NCBI GenBank assembly: GCA_049724395.1
Contig: JAUGWO010000041.1
Coordinates: 1-64,000 of the forward strand
Source of the DNA: Spongospora subterranea f. sp. subterranea
Taxonomy: Eukaryota
Direction of reading: 5' to 3'
DNA: 64,000 nt
Each line of letters begins with the position of its first letter. Within the stretch, counting starts at the first letter, position 1. The position numbers and the translations under genes were made by a program. Shown here one piece after another: positions 11,794 to 24,749 of this stretch. The notes below the pieces were generated by a model, which saw only the letters and a program-made list of their open reading frames with translations, ran no database searches and was not told the DNA's origin.

Positions 11794-13425
11794 TCAAATA
11801 AAAGTGCTGCACCCACTAACCTGTACTTCAAAATCAATCACACAATATTTGTTCCGGGTGTAAAGATGAGCAATGCTCCAATTTACAACTATTATTTCGT
11901 ACTTCCTTGATAATTACAACTATATTTACTTGTGCTGAATTTGTAGGTTTCAATTCATCAATATCGAACTTTGATCAGAGTTCCCAGCAAATTAATGCTC
12001 ATTGGCTTGCCGGAACACATTGAATCAAACGATAGTGGATTCCCTGAGATTATGGCAATTCAAGAGAGCGGCAATTGGAGATTGATCGGCAGTGCCACAC
12101 AGGGCAACCATTTTGTCGCACATGTTTTGAGGGAACATGTGGCCTTGCCGGGGTACTACGTGTTTAACGACCTGTTGAACAAAGGTCGAGCGGTTCGTGT
12201 GAATTAGCTCCAACCAACCGGCAGCTCGTCGCCTACAGTAGACGATATATTAATCGACAGAGAGGATCCAGATACGATATCCAAAATGCTGATCCCACAA
12301 CTCGACGGCGGATTGTTTTTTTAAAGGCCATCAACCTGCGAACAACCTGTTGGTCAACGGGTTCATCAGCATCACATCTGTTAGGTTGCGGTCGACTGTT
12401 GGTTTCCGTCTGCACTACAAATGTAGAAGCATCAAAATTAATTTCCTGAGCCCTGATCACAGGCCCCGGCAATCTAGGATGATTTCCTGCTAACAATCGT
12501 GGTCTGTCTGCCGCAATTGGGAAGGCGAGGGGTTGCGGGCGATCGCTGTCGAACTGTGGAGCTCATCCATCCACACAAATCTGTCAATCGTTGTACGGGA
12601 AATCTTTCTGTCCGCCGGCGATAAATGAATCAAAAATGGATTCTACGAGACTGGCGGATGGAACGACTTCTGTCCGCCAGTTGGTTCCACTGCACTAGTT
12701 TGCAAGTTGCTCTCCTCTATGGTCACCCTCACGAGACGACGAAGGAATTCTAATCTTTCAAAATGCAGTTGGGATTCCTGCGTAATCTCGTACCTAAACC
12801 ATCGGCTTCTGTGCTGCCGGTTGTCCCTGAAACTGCACCCGTCCATGACGCATAACAGGCGTCGTTTGTGCCGCCTACCCTTGATACCCCTCATTCCGGA
12901 AACGCGCCGCATCTGACTGAACCCTTAAATGCCATTCTGGCAGTTCTTACCATTTACTGGTAACTGGTCTGAGGTTACAAAACCTTTCCAAGAGATGGCA
13001 AAGGAAAACGGCAACATGATCGGGTTTGACACGAAAAACTTGGCAATCTGGACTGTTTAAACTATGATTAGCAGCGTTTTTATAAAAGATCAGAATAATC
13101 ATAACAAGTCAGGCAAGAGTCTCAATTCGAGATAATGCTTCGCGGGTCTGAATATGAACCCGTTGTTGGTCGAGATTCTATTCACTATGTCATCAACAAA
13201 AAACACGGTACAGATTGTGCCACACCAGAAGGCGCGAAACCGCAATGCAAATCTCCTTGCGTCTGGTCAGTCCAGTTCATATCGATGTAATCAACAATGT
13301 CTACGTCATCGAACCGGCTCGTACAACGGCAGTGCATTCTCACCCTTCAAATCTTGTTGTCTTGTATGAATTGCTGCTGTCGGTCCCACTCTTCTGGCGA
13401 TATTCGCGACTGCTCGAATATTTTA

Positions 13426-14033
13426 AAAGATGCACGACAACTCCTACAACATCAACCAGACTTTGCAGAGCAAAAGAGTTGGCTTGCTGAAATTGTCCTG
13501 CAACATCCAGGCTTCATCATCGACTTTTATCCCAAGTTCCATTGCGAGTTTAACTACATCGAGATGTACTGGGCTGCCTACAGAAACTATACCAGAAAGA
13601 ATTGTACTTATTCGTTTAGGGATTTGCAGGTCGTTGTGCCTATCGCTTTGGAAAGCGTGTCAACACAGGTGGCTTTTATATTTCTTCACAGCATATTCTG
13701 CTTGCTGAACAGAGAGACGATTGCCATTAGCGTCTAGGACTCGATACGCACCCATATATCGGTAGCATTTTCGTGCGTACCGATGTATGGCCTGTGTTGA
13801 CACGCTTTCCAACGCGATAGGCACAACGACCTGCAAATCCCTAAACGAATAAGTACAATTCTTTCTGGTATAGTTTTTGCAGGCAGCCCAGTACATCTCG
13901 ATGTAGTTAAACTCGCAATGGAACGTGGTATAAAAGTCGATGATGGAGCCGGATGTTGCAGGACAATTTCAGCAAGCCAACTCTTTTGCTCTGCAAAGTC
14001 TGGTTGATGTTGTAGGAGTTGTCGTGCATCTTT
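13426..14033. repeat. Long inverted repeat 2: arms 13426-13669 and 13791-14033, 121-nt spacer
   Basis: Reverse-complement match with a few substitutions and one indel; identical peptides LKDARQLLQHQPDFAEQKSWLAEIVLQHP appear on both strands in the ORF track. Confidence 0.96.
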
Positions 14034-15560
14034 CAATGAATACGAATTTTGCCGTAACCCTCGTTCTTTTAAAATCGTTCGCACTCCCTTCTGAATAACT
14101 GAGGCACTTTGCAAGCGGTGACAAACTTTTTCTCAGTCGACCTCCAACCATCCGTCGCGCTGAGGCTTTACGTTCTTGCCGCCGTCCCTGAGATTCAGTG
14201 CATTAGCGTTCAACGCATCTGGAGGCAACGCTTTATGATTCTGCGAGTTATCGAACATTATAAGTGCATCACAGTCAGGATGCAACAGTTTGAAAATCGG
14301 GATCAAACGATGCTCCAGCTGCTCAGCAAGATTGGAATTTGTCCAATGCCCATCTGAATTCTTTCCGGGCTTGATAATCACCGCGGTTTTCCTTCGGCAG
14401 GTTTGCATTCTCAAGCTGCTCCATTTGCGACAGCTTCATTGGCCCATGGCACTCACAGAGAAATTCTGAAACCATTAGGCTACGTCCTTCTCCCTTTGGC
14501 TTTATCGGTCTGTGGTCCTGGTCGATCCATATCGTCGATTTTCCATCGTTAGAACCAAAACATGATTCGTCATGTGTCACCAAGACAAGTCTTCGGGCGG
14601 TTGATTCGGGCTCGATTTGGTCGTTCATCTCATCGCCGTCATACTTGACCATCCTCGATCCGTATTTGAGCATACGGTCAAGAAAATCTTCGCGATATTT
14701 TACAACGTCTGCACGTTCATGACCATCATGATAAAGGCCTTTTGAGAAGCCACCATACGATCATCCTAAAAAGTGCATTCATCGTCTTGCAGTTGGTTCA
14801 GAAATAACAATGGCCACGGGAAGACCAAGCAAAGTGTGCAGTTCTTTTTTGACCCAAGAGGCAAAGCTTGCACCGCATATTCTCTCGGGCGGTTGCGATC
14901 GGAGCCATACTCGGCATTGTCGAGCAACATCTTCATCATAAATTAACGATTTAGATTTTACATGACACCCCTGCTGATGTGAAGGCAATCGCCCGGTTTT
15001 AAAAAAAAAGTCTGCCCATTTTCTAATCTTCCTCGCCTGATGGTCGGTGTTCTGCTTTGGAAATGCTCGGCAACAACATTTCTTGATATGGAAATCCTAC
15101 TGTTCCAATTTTCAAGTAGATGAAAATACTTTTCGATTGCAAGGTAACGAATAAAATCGTACTTTGAAACGGCATTCATCTGTTTTTCGTATTGCACATT
15201 ACAGCGAAAGTTGGTCAAGTTTTCCAGTAGTTTCAAAGCATCGTCGATGGACATGCTCGGCGTCGCAGCTGTAGAAGTGTTGATGTCAGGCTCATCAACT
15301 GGGGGAGCACTTGACGTGTCAACACTGCTGTGTTTGGAAGCAAAAAAATCTGTGATCGTTTTGCTGCCTTCAGAAGAATGAATTAATGCAAGCTTCTGTT
15401 TCCTCTTGCGCCATTCAGTCGTTCTGTTTGACCCAGAGTAAACGGACCGTAGATGAGTTCCTGCTCCAGCTCTCCATGTGAGAAACAAAAACTGAACCGT
15501 CGACAGGTCGTCATCTCTGACATCGTGTTCTTCCATACTGAAATAATACAGCTCTTCGCC
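13670..15560 (-). mobile_element. Degenerate Tc1/mariner (IS630-like) transposon with near-complete frameshifted transposase
   Basis: Motifs across frames: YHDGHERADVV, LVTHDESCFGSNDG, PKGEGRSLMVSEFLCECHG, PGKNSDGHW, IMFDNSQNH, KGVRTILKERG, FHCEFNYIEMYW, KKYKSH. Confidence 0.88.
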
Positions 15561-16307
15561 CACATCGTCTTTGAAGAATCTTAGACTGCTTACTCCGCTT
15601 CGCCTCTCTGGCCAAAGCCGGACGCTTCCATTGCGAATTTTTCGGTGCCATCGCAAAGGTACAGTAATCCCGAACAAGAAGGATTGCGCCTCGGGAGATC
15701 TCGCAACTTGAATTGCAACAAAGCAAAAGTGCGCACGCAAATATAAAAATGCGCACGCATTTTTATCAAATTTGATTTTCCACCATAGTGGTTTCAAAAC
15801 TTTGTGTCGCCTCATAATTTAAAAGTCTATCACGGGCTTCAGTTTAAAGTAAATTTTTTTTCTACGAAGCTTTTTGTCTTGACGAGATCTATCAATTGCT
15901 AGAATATTTTTTAAAAAACAGTGGGAATTATTTTGTAGGCGCCGATACAAATCTTCCGTGGCACCATATTTGATGGGAGCAGTGAATAAACTGATCGCAA
16001 TTGCACTGTTCACAAATACAAACTGCGTACGCACCTTTTAAAAATAAATGAAACATTGAGTTAAATAAGGAGATCGCAACTGTACTGTAGGTATTTGTAT
16101 CCCCTTTCTTCCAAATGTGCGCAACCTTGCTACAGTGCGCGCTACTGGCGGACAGAAAGATTTCCCGATCATTGTACACATATCCGTCAATCATACGTTG
16201 CCCACAAAGTCCCGTGAGTTTTTTATGGAACTCGTTATTTTTAGTTCGGGCAAACTCACAAGGGTTTCAAAACCCGGTGTTCGTGAGTTTCACGCGAGTT
16301 TTGCCCA

Positions 16308-19300
16308 ATGAGTGACACCGAAAAAGAAAGCTCGTCGAGCTCACAGGACTCTGACGACGATTGCCACCTTGCGGACAACACTAATGTACACATGACATAT
16401 CCGTCAATGCATCTCTGTCAACCTTTGTACACATGTGTACGAACTACAGATGTACATGTGAGGGATGACGAGGGTCACTGCTTGACTACCGACCACTCAT
16501 ATTCAACTATAATCGGTACTCCTTTTCTATGGAGAAGGAGGATGATGGCGAATATATGTCAGCCACGTCCAATGACGACGAGCGATCGAGAGATCAAGAC
16601 AATCGGGAAAACGAATCGTTAATAGCCGAAAGCGTGGGGGACGACCAAGAACCAGATCGTGCCGAAGAAGGGCCTGTGAACGGACCGTCATTAACAGATA
16701 ACAAAACGAATCATCACCGTTTGGGAACTCGTTTGATTATTGAACAAATGGAGCTTCAAGATTTCAAATCATACGCTGGAACCCGAGTAATCGGTCCTTT
16801 CCACAAGGTTATTCTATTGGACGTGGCCCTAGAAACACCTAACTTTTCTTGCAGAGGTTCTCTTCCGTTGTTGGTCCGAATGGAAGTATGTCATACTTAA
16901 GGGATTCACAACAACAGAATAATATCGAGATTCTAAATTACAGGTGGAAAAAGCAATGTAATAGATGCACTATTGTTCGTGTTCGGCAAACGAGCCTCTC
17001 AGATTCGCTTAAAGAAAGTTTCCGAACTGATTCATAACTCAGAGCACTTTCAAAATCTTCCTAGCGCCACAGTTACAGTCCGATTCGTCGACATTGTCGA
17101 TTCGGGTGATGATGATGACTACGAAAGGATCCCCGGTTTGGGACCATATTTAGCAGTTCATTACATTGTTCCAATGATTTTTTTATTAGGATCTGAGCTT
17201 GTGGTTAGCCGCACGGCATATCGAAACAATACTTCTAAGTATTTCATAAACGGTCAAAGCAGTACGTATACTGAGGTTACTACTCTTTTGATGTCGAAAG
17301 GGATCGATCTTGACCACAATCGATTTCTCATCCTGCAAGGCGAGGTAAAGAAGCCCTTTGACTAGAACTTTCAACTTAAATTGGTTTAGGTGGAACAAAT
17401 TGCTATGATGAAACCGAAAAGCACCTCACCAGGAGAAACCGGAATTTTAGAGTATTTAGAAGACATTATTGGGTCAAATACGTACGTGGAAAAAATTCAA
17501 GCCGCCCAAGTCGAAGTAAGCCAAGTCCAAGCTTCCACTTGGCCGGTGGTTATTTATTGAACAAACTAGGTTGAGAATCTGCAACAAGATTTACACAGCA
17601 AATCCACGCGTCTCAAACTATCTGAAAGAGAGCGAGATTGCTTAGAGGTTCATAAGCTGCTGTTCCTTTTTTCTTCTTTTTATCGTATTATTTAGGCTTC
17701 TAAAGACGAAGCTGTGGCTTTTCTCCAGGAGGAGCATCGCTTACTCCGCGCGAAAGCTAACCTATATCAGGTATATGTTAATGAGGCGACAGAAAACGTT
17801 CAGACAGTTAATCAAAAAGCGGTACGGCGTCTTGTTACCGCAACTTGCTCCAACGGTTAAACATCTTTCTCAGGACGAACTGAACGCCAAATTGCAGTCA
17901 GAGGTGAACAAGCATCAAAGCACCGAAAAGGTAGAATATTAAGCTGCAATTTGCTCGGCTCAAAATTTATATTTGAAAAGGCTCTTGAAGACAATCAAAC
18001 CAAAATCGGACAGCTTAAGAATCAATTTGCATCATGTGAAGCTGAGCTAGCACGATTTCAAGCGGAATTCGATCATTTAGATAGGCGAGATGTTCAGCTT
18101 CGCGAAAATTCTAAGCATACATCTATCAAACTAAAATCCTTACGGTCTAAAGTCAAGAAGGAGAACAATAAGATTTCTCAATTCCGCAATGTTGGTATCC
18201 TGTCGTTTATACAACGTTAATTTGAGTTCATTATCATACAGGTCATAGAAGAATGTCAATCGACGTTACCAGAACTTCGTGCCACCATTGAACGACGTCA
18301 GCGAGATTTAGAAGACGCTGATCAAGAACGCAAACGTTTATTTGGCATCGTTTGCTCAAAAACCGAAGGATTGAGACAACAAATGGAATCTAAACAGAAG
18401 CTTTTGATTCCTTTGCGCCAGGCTGTAATGCACGCTATCGATTCTCTTTTATCTACTTATTTCATTTAGATTAACCATGCAGATCAGCGTCATTCTGGTA
18501 TTTTGGCTGAGTTACAAATCTTCGATTCAAGCGTATCGTCGGCAGAATCTAATTTGCAGAAAAGTTCTGCGACATCTAAAGACCTGGAGTCTCAAATGAA
18601 CACGTATACAACTTCCGTCAAGGTTTGTGTGCCCCCGTACTCCCCATGCTGCGACTTACGGTTATCATTCAGGACATTTCAAAAACCATCGGAATCAACG
18701 TTAAGCGGAATCAATCGATCGAAACTGAGCTGGGTCAAGTGATGACACAGCTTTCTCAAATTGAATCGCAACTGGCACTATTTAGGGGCGAATACGAACA
18801 GGTTTCATTCTTCACATCTAACTTTGCAGTAACTCAGAGCTGCATAGGGACGACAAAAATGTATTCAGAACAACAACCGTGGCAGTGTATTAGCGGCAAT
18901 GTCTGCATTGAAATCGTCAGGAGCTGTCCCTGGGATATATGTATGTTATTTCTGTCTTGGCTTTCTTAATATTGACATTACACTATAATAGGGCAGGCTT
19001 GGTAGTTTAGGTTCTATATCCTTAGAGTATGACGTCGCCGTTTCCACAGCATGCCCCTCCCTTAACCACATTGTCGTGGACACGATAGAAACGGCACAGA
19101 AGTGCACCAGTTATCTCAGGGAAAAGAAGGCTGGCAACACAACGTTCATTATCATGGATAAAATCCGGAACGTTGAGGGTCAGATGTCTAAACCTTTTAA
19201 AGCAATCCCAAATGCTGCCCGGTAAGAGCAAGCATCAAATAATGGAAATCAATGCAGAAACTCACCCTGTCTTTCAACTAGTTTGTTTGATTTAGTGACT

Positions 19301-21679
19301 GTCCCAAAACCTGAACTACGAACTGCATTTTACTTCGCCTTGAGAAATACATTAGTGACTCAAGATTTAGAACAAGCGACGAAGTAGAGTATTCACTTCC
19401 ATGACAGCGGAGGCAGATATCGCTAACCTCGCACCTCTCAGGATCAGTTTTGAAGGGGGTACTAGGCGACGAGTCGTTACTTTACAAGGAGAGCTAATTG
19501 ATCCTTCTGGGACTATGTCCGGTGGAGGGCATCACGCTGTTAGCGGTAGCCTCGGGACGTCCTCCTCTTCTACATCAGATAATCAAATTAGTGACGATCG
19601 GCTCCAAGTTAGCCTGCGTTTTAGCTGTTTCATGCTTTGATTGACCCGTTTCAGGAGCTCGAACGTTTAATTGCCAAAAGTATGAACGAAATGACAGAGC
19701 TCCAGCAAAATCGGCGCAGTTTGACGCTAGAGTTAGACGTCATTACCAGTGAGCTACAAACGTCAAATTTGGCACTTAGCAAGGCCAAAGAGAGCCTTTC
19801 GGCAGTGCTTCAGGTATGAGGGCAACTTCTTAAGTTGTGCTACTACTAATTGTACAATAGATGCAAAAAGAAATTGAACGTCAAATCTCGGACCAAAAAT
19901 CGGCTTTGAAAAACGCATCCAGGGCCAAAGGCAAGGCAAATTCCGACTTTGCTGCTAAAAAACTGAAGGCGGAGCAAGATATTGATCTCGCTCGAAGTGA
20001 TGCTGAATCTCTTGAACGAGAAGTTCAAGAATTTGAGCAGAAAATCTTGGACGCCGGGGGGCAATCGCTCCAGGATCAAGTATTTCTTGGGTTATCCATC
20101 ATCGCGATCACTTTAGTCACCTCTTTTAATTCAGGTTAAAGCGATTCAGATGATTAATGCCGAGATCGAGCAACTCAGAAAATCTTGCACAGAGCAGGAA
20201 GTAAACCGCGATTGCGGGGAGAAAGGCATCAAGTCGTCCGACAAAGCAATCAATAAGCTTGAGCAAGACATTGCGCAGGTTCTCACTGAAACTTACATTC
20301 TGATCTTTTTTTGAGTCCATTTTCAGGCTGAAGCCGATTTAAAAACAAGTGACGCATCCCTTTTGGAGCTTGAAGAACTAGCTGAGCAGGTGGTGTCGAA
20401 TAAAGAAAGCGCTGTCGAAGCTGTGCAAGCAACTGAGCAGCAGCTACGAAGCTTAGAAAGTACACACCAAAAAATGGTTAAAGACTACGAAGTCGCGCGT
20501 AGTGTTCAAGTTGAAATCAAAATTCAACTAGAAGACTGTCAACGTTTGTATAACGAAAACGTGAAGAAGGTGAATTCATTGGTTGTGTTTCATGGGCATT
20601 TCAATAATATTCATTTCGAAGGCGGAAGCTTGGTCTCAAAAACTTAACGAGATTTCGGACCAACTGCAATCTAACAAAGGCAATCCTTTCATGCAGACCG
20701 AAACAGACGAATTCATGACAGATGATAAAGAAAGCTTGCAGTCAGTTATCTCGACCTGGGTTTTTCACGGTGGTCAAACGTATGAAATAGGTCGCAAGTT
20801 GCCGCACTTGAAGAATCTTTAGCTTCAATGAAACCAAATGTGAATGCGATTGACGAATATGCTGCCGCTGATGGTTCTTATCGGGTGATAACGCAAATAT
20901 GTTCTGCAAACGCACCGAGTCAACGTTCCATATAGAACCATCTTTCCGAGTTTGAAAGAACCTCCAATAGCCTCAATAGCGCTCGCTACTCCATGGAAGA
21001 TCTCCAACGTCAGCGGTTTGAATCATTTATGGCTGGATTTCGAATTATTACCTTGAAGCTCAAGGAAATGTACCAAATGTTGACGCTAGGTATGGGCACT
21101 GCTGATGTGTGGCGGTTCGTTATTCACGTGATAATTTCTAGGTGGAGATGCCGAACTAGAGCTTGTCGACAGTCTTGACCCTTTTTCCGAAGGAATTGTC
21201 TTCTCTGTTCGGCCTCCAAAAAAAAGTTGGAAAAATATATCCAATCTCAGCGGAGGAGAGAAGGTGGGCTGTTTCGACTGGACGCTCTGAAGTCTATATA
21301 ATAATGTCTTTAGACCTTAAGTTCCTTGGCTCTGGTATTTGCTTTGCATTACTACAAGCCTACCCCGTACGTTCTTTAGATGCCTCAGTTCCGATATTGA
21401 ACACGATTGTAGGCTCTATGTGATGGATGAAATCGACGCTGCTCTCGATTTTAAAAAACGTCTCGATTGTTGCGAACTACATCCGCGATCGAGCACAAAA
21501 CGGGCAGTTCATCATTATTTCATTGAGAAACAACATGTTTGAATTGGCGAATCGCTTGGTGGGCATTTATAAGAATGACAATGCTTCAAAGACAATAACC
21601 ATAGTATTTACCGTCTGTATGGCGTTCCACTGAATTTCTAATGATGACTTAGGATCCCAAACATTTTTCAGTTATCTGA
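16308..21679 (+). CDS. SMC4: Structural maintenance of chromosomes protein 4 (condensin), many exons; start uncertain (16308 or 16529)
   Basis: DFKSYAG...GPFHK, Walker A VGPNGSGKSNVID(A)LLFVFG, DLDHNRFLILQGEVEQI, hinge RVVTLQGELIDPSGTMSGGG, LSGGEK, YVMDEIDAALDFKNVSIVANYI, QFIIISLRNNMFELA. One extra A near 21455. Confidence 0.96.
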
Positions 21680-21768
21680 CACCCATATGTATTATACAAT
21701 TCTAATTTGAATTATTGATCAGCGATTGTCCAAAAATATTTTCTGGTTGGTGAAAGGCATGTAAATCT

Positions 21769-22189
21769 CTAGACCTTTTCCCATAAGCAATGACGATTAG
21801 AATTTGGCGATTTGATCAGCTTGAGAATGGCGTGCGATGGATTTAATGCAAGGGAGTACGCTCTTTCCCATCGCTCCAATCTTGACAAACCAATGCATGG
21901 TCCCATGCTCAAGTCCATATCAAATCGCCGCAAAACAATTTCGTCCGCACTGACATTTCCCCAGCCATAGCACTCTGGTTGGCTACCTAGCAAACCAATA
22001 TTAGACACGTTCCACAGCGACTCGCTCCACTTTTACTGCATCCAACAGATTCTTCGGCAACGGAAGCTTTGACATCTACATGCCGTCGTTTTCTTTGCCG
22101 CTGGTCAACAAACATTACTTGCCTTGTTATCGCTATATTGTTAAGGTGGTTCGTTTTGTCCGGTATTCAATCCTATCTGTACCGTTCAT
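21769..22189 (-). CDS. POLD4: DNA polymerase delta subunit 4 (p12), probably 3 exons
   Basis: LRRFDMDLSMGPCIGLSRLERWERAYSLALNP...CLW matches the family signature; two GT-AG introns link it to an ATG at 22189. Confidence 0.88.
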
Positions 22190-22251
22190 GGCCCTGGCTG
22201 TCACAGATATGTTCACATTTGCGGGCTGACTTTTATTGGTTCAGGGGGTTT

Positions 22252-24749
22252 TCAGGAAGTTCTCCATGTAACAGCCAGCGCAGTCCAGCAGGCAACAACA
22301 TTTTCAGCGTATGGGACGACATAGACTCGAAATGCAAGATGAACTGACGATCCAGGTGTTTTCAGAATTTCTACAGCTGTTTCCGTCAGAGTTAAATGCG
22401 ACATGATCTTTGTCTGCGGTCCTTAATGAGAAAACTTTTCGCACCATACATTGAGATTATCAACGCACCGGGTTTGTGTGATCGAACTGGCATGGATATG
22501 CTTTAAATGAGAAATGGATCGGGACTATGTTCTTGATGCCTTGCTGAAACACTGACGACAAAGGGTTAGTTTTCTCTGATTACATTATCGTTCAATGTGA
22601 CTTTGTCTGACAAGAGTTCCCGAATGTGATTCCCATAAGGCATTGTGATTCGTATGCCGCCAGGGCTGGGCTTAGGCAATTCGATAGTTGCTCATCCCAA
22701 ACGGTATCTTCTTGGAAATTGTCTCGTCGGTATTCCTCGATCAGTTTGCAGACGGCGCTCTCTGTCTGCACTGCCACAGTAATCGGATCAATGATGTTTG
22801 GCATTATTGTTGTCGCAGCAGCACACGAAGGTAATGCTCGAATGACTTGCGTCGGCAGCGCTTTCCATAGGGATCCATTCAGTAAATCCCATTTTGTTGA
22901 TTTGACAGTGTCATCGATCTGAGGTTTCCTCTTAACCTACATTGAGTCCGGTTCAAGATTGACCCAACCTGAATGTTAGCGTAGAACTGATCATCGTTGA
23001 ATAGGCATCCCACCGTCTCGAATTCAAACGTTGCGTCAACATTCATTGCGTTCTGAATCCATGAATCGTAAAGGTTTCCATTCTATGAGGGTGCCCAATT
23101 TTTATCGCTCTAACCGTTCTGTCTAACGAGAATATCCTCCCTGTTATGCTCTCCCAAAACATGACTTGATTTCTGCTCTCTCTGGTGACGACCCAGCAAT
23201 GAAACACCCCTCCGAGTTTCTACCACCCTTTTTCCATGAGATTGACAAATTGTGCAAAACTGATGTGTGTTCTCCCATACTTTACCACAGCATACATAAG
23301 CGTCGAGTCCGAATCCCAAAAGTAGACTGCAGAGAAGAACACAATGATCTTCGACGCCACCGTAACCTGAATCCGATCCTAAGCGCACTGCGACATTGGC
23401 CAGCTGGTGTCGTCTACCTCGGCTCAAGAACAGGCTCGGGCTGTTCCAAATATTTGTTTTTTCTCCACCAAGCTCCATATCAGTGTTGAACGGTAATAAT
23501 CTTTGACCAAATGTTCAGATCATGTCGTGTCATCCAGTTGCCATTGCCAACGTACCTGACAAATCGAGCAGCGTGCATTGCCGTCAACAACAACCTCCCT
23601 GCGTATAGTGGACGAATCAAAGAGCAAACGAAAATTCGCTCCTCATCTTCGTTGTTAACGAACAGCTTGATAGACCGGTTCTGTTATTGCGATTTAGTTT
23701 GAAAAAAATCATCGAGCTATGAACTTTACTTGGTGATCTGGTCGCAACTGGAGGAAATCGCTCCACCAAGATCTTGCATAAGAGTGAAACCGGCGGATTG
23801 CTGCATTTCTCGTCGACAGCTCTGCGGCAATCTGTTCAGCAATCTTGGCACCATCGAAAAACTTCCCAGAGGAAAGGCGTTTGGGAAGTGGCGCGATCTC
23901 CAGCTCCAATTCCAGTTTGCCAATCGGGGAGACCAATCCAGTTGCTTTTCGGCCGGAAAGTTCCACAGACAGCGCCATGAAACCGCTCTCAAGAACCCCC
24001 CTTTGGAACTTCTTGAATTTGCAGAAAAGATTTTCGAGGGGGTTTTACCTCCATTCCACGTATTGCGATGATAATACTTCCCGAAGTCTCGACCGTTGTT
24101 GTTCTTTCACCATTGTTATGTGGAGTCGATGAGGGACCGCTAGGAGATCCCGGAAAGGGATCATCCCTCGGCTCTGCTCTCCCTGCAGATCGACGATGAA
24201 ATCGTCCGCAAAATTCCGGGTCTGTCTGGACAGGAACCGGTTTGGAAACGAACCGATGTCGACCAAATCCTAGAATCATTAACAGGCTCGAGTTGGAATT
24301 CTACTAATTGTCGTTAATAAAGTCAACAGTGGATTACTCAACGACCCCTAACTGATTCTTCCTCGAAAAGAGGGTCGATAAATCCCGATCCGGCCTTCAG
24401 TTTGACGATAAGGTATCGTCGGTCACGAGCGATCTTGGGCCCTTTTGCGAGTAAGGGTGCTTGCGACAGTGCGGCGATCACTTCCTGGATAATCCCGTTC
24501 TGACGTAATACCTGAATCACGTGATCATCACCTGCGAAATCCAGATTCTTCTCTTGAAGAAACCCGGAAATTGTTCTGCGAATTTGATCGTAAACGTCTG
24601 CACGCACGACAGTGAAAACTGGAACGAATTTGAGATGAGTTTCTCTCACTGTTCTCCTTCAGATGAGAATCGATAGCGCTCTTCAGACGATGGATAACAG
24701 CGGTAGGTAGTTCATGATGTGGCTGCGGGTTGGTGTCGTTGAGTCCCAT
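22252..24749 (-). CDS. CEP76: Centrosomal protein CEP76 homologue (C2 + transglutaminase-like), multi-exon
   Basis: LKSAIDSHL/DVYDQIR, RFVSKPVP, ARSWWSDFLQLRPDH, GGVEDHCVLLCSLLLGFGLDAYVCCG, WDEQLSNCLSPALAAYE, C-terminal VYVVPYAENVVACW. Confidence 0.9.
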
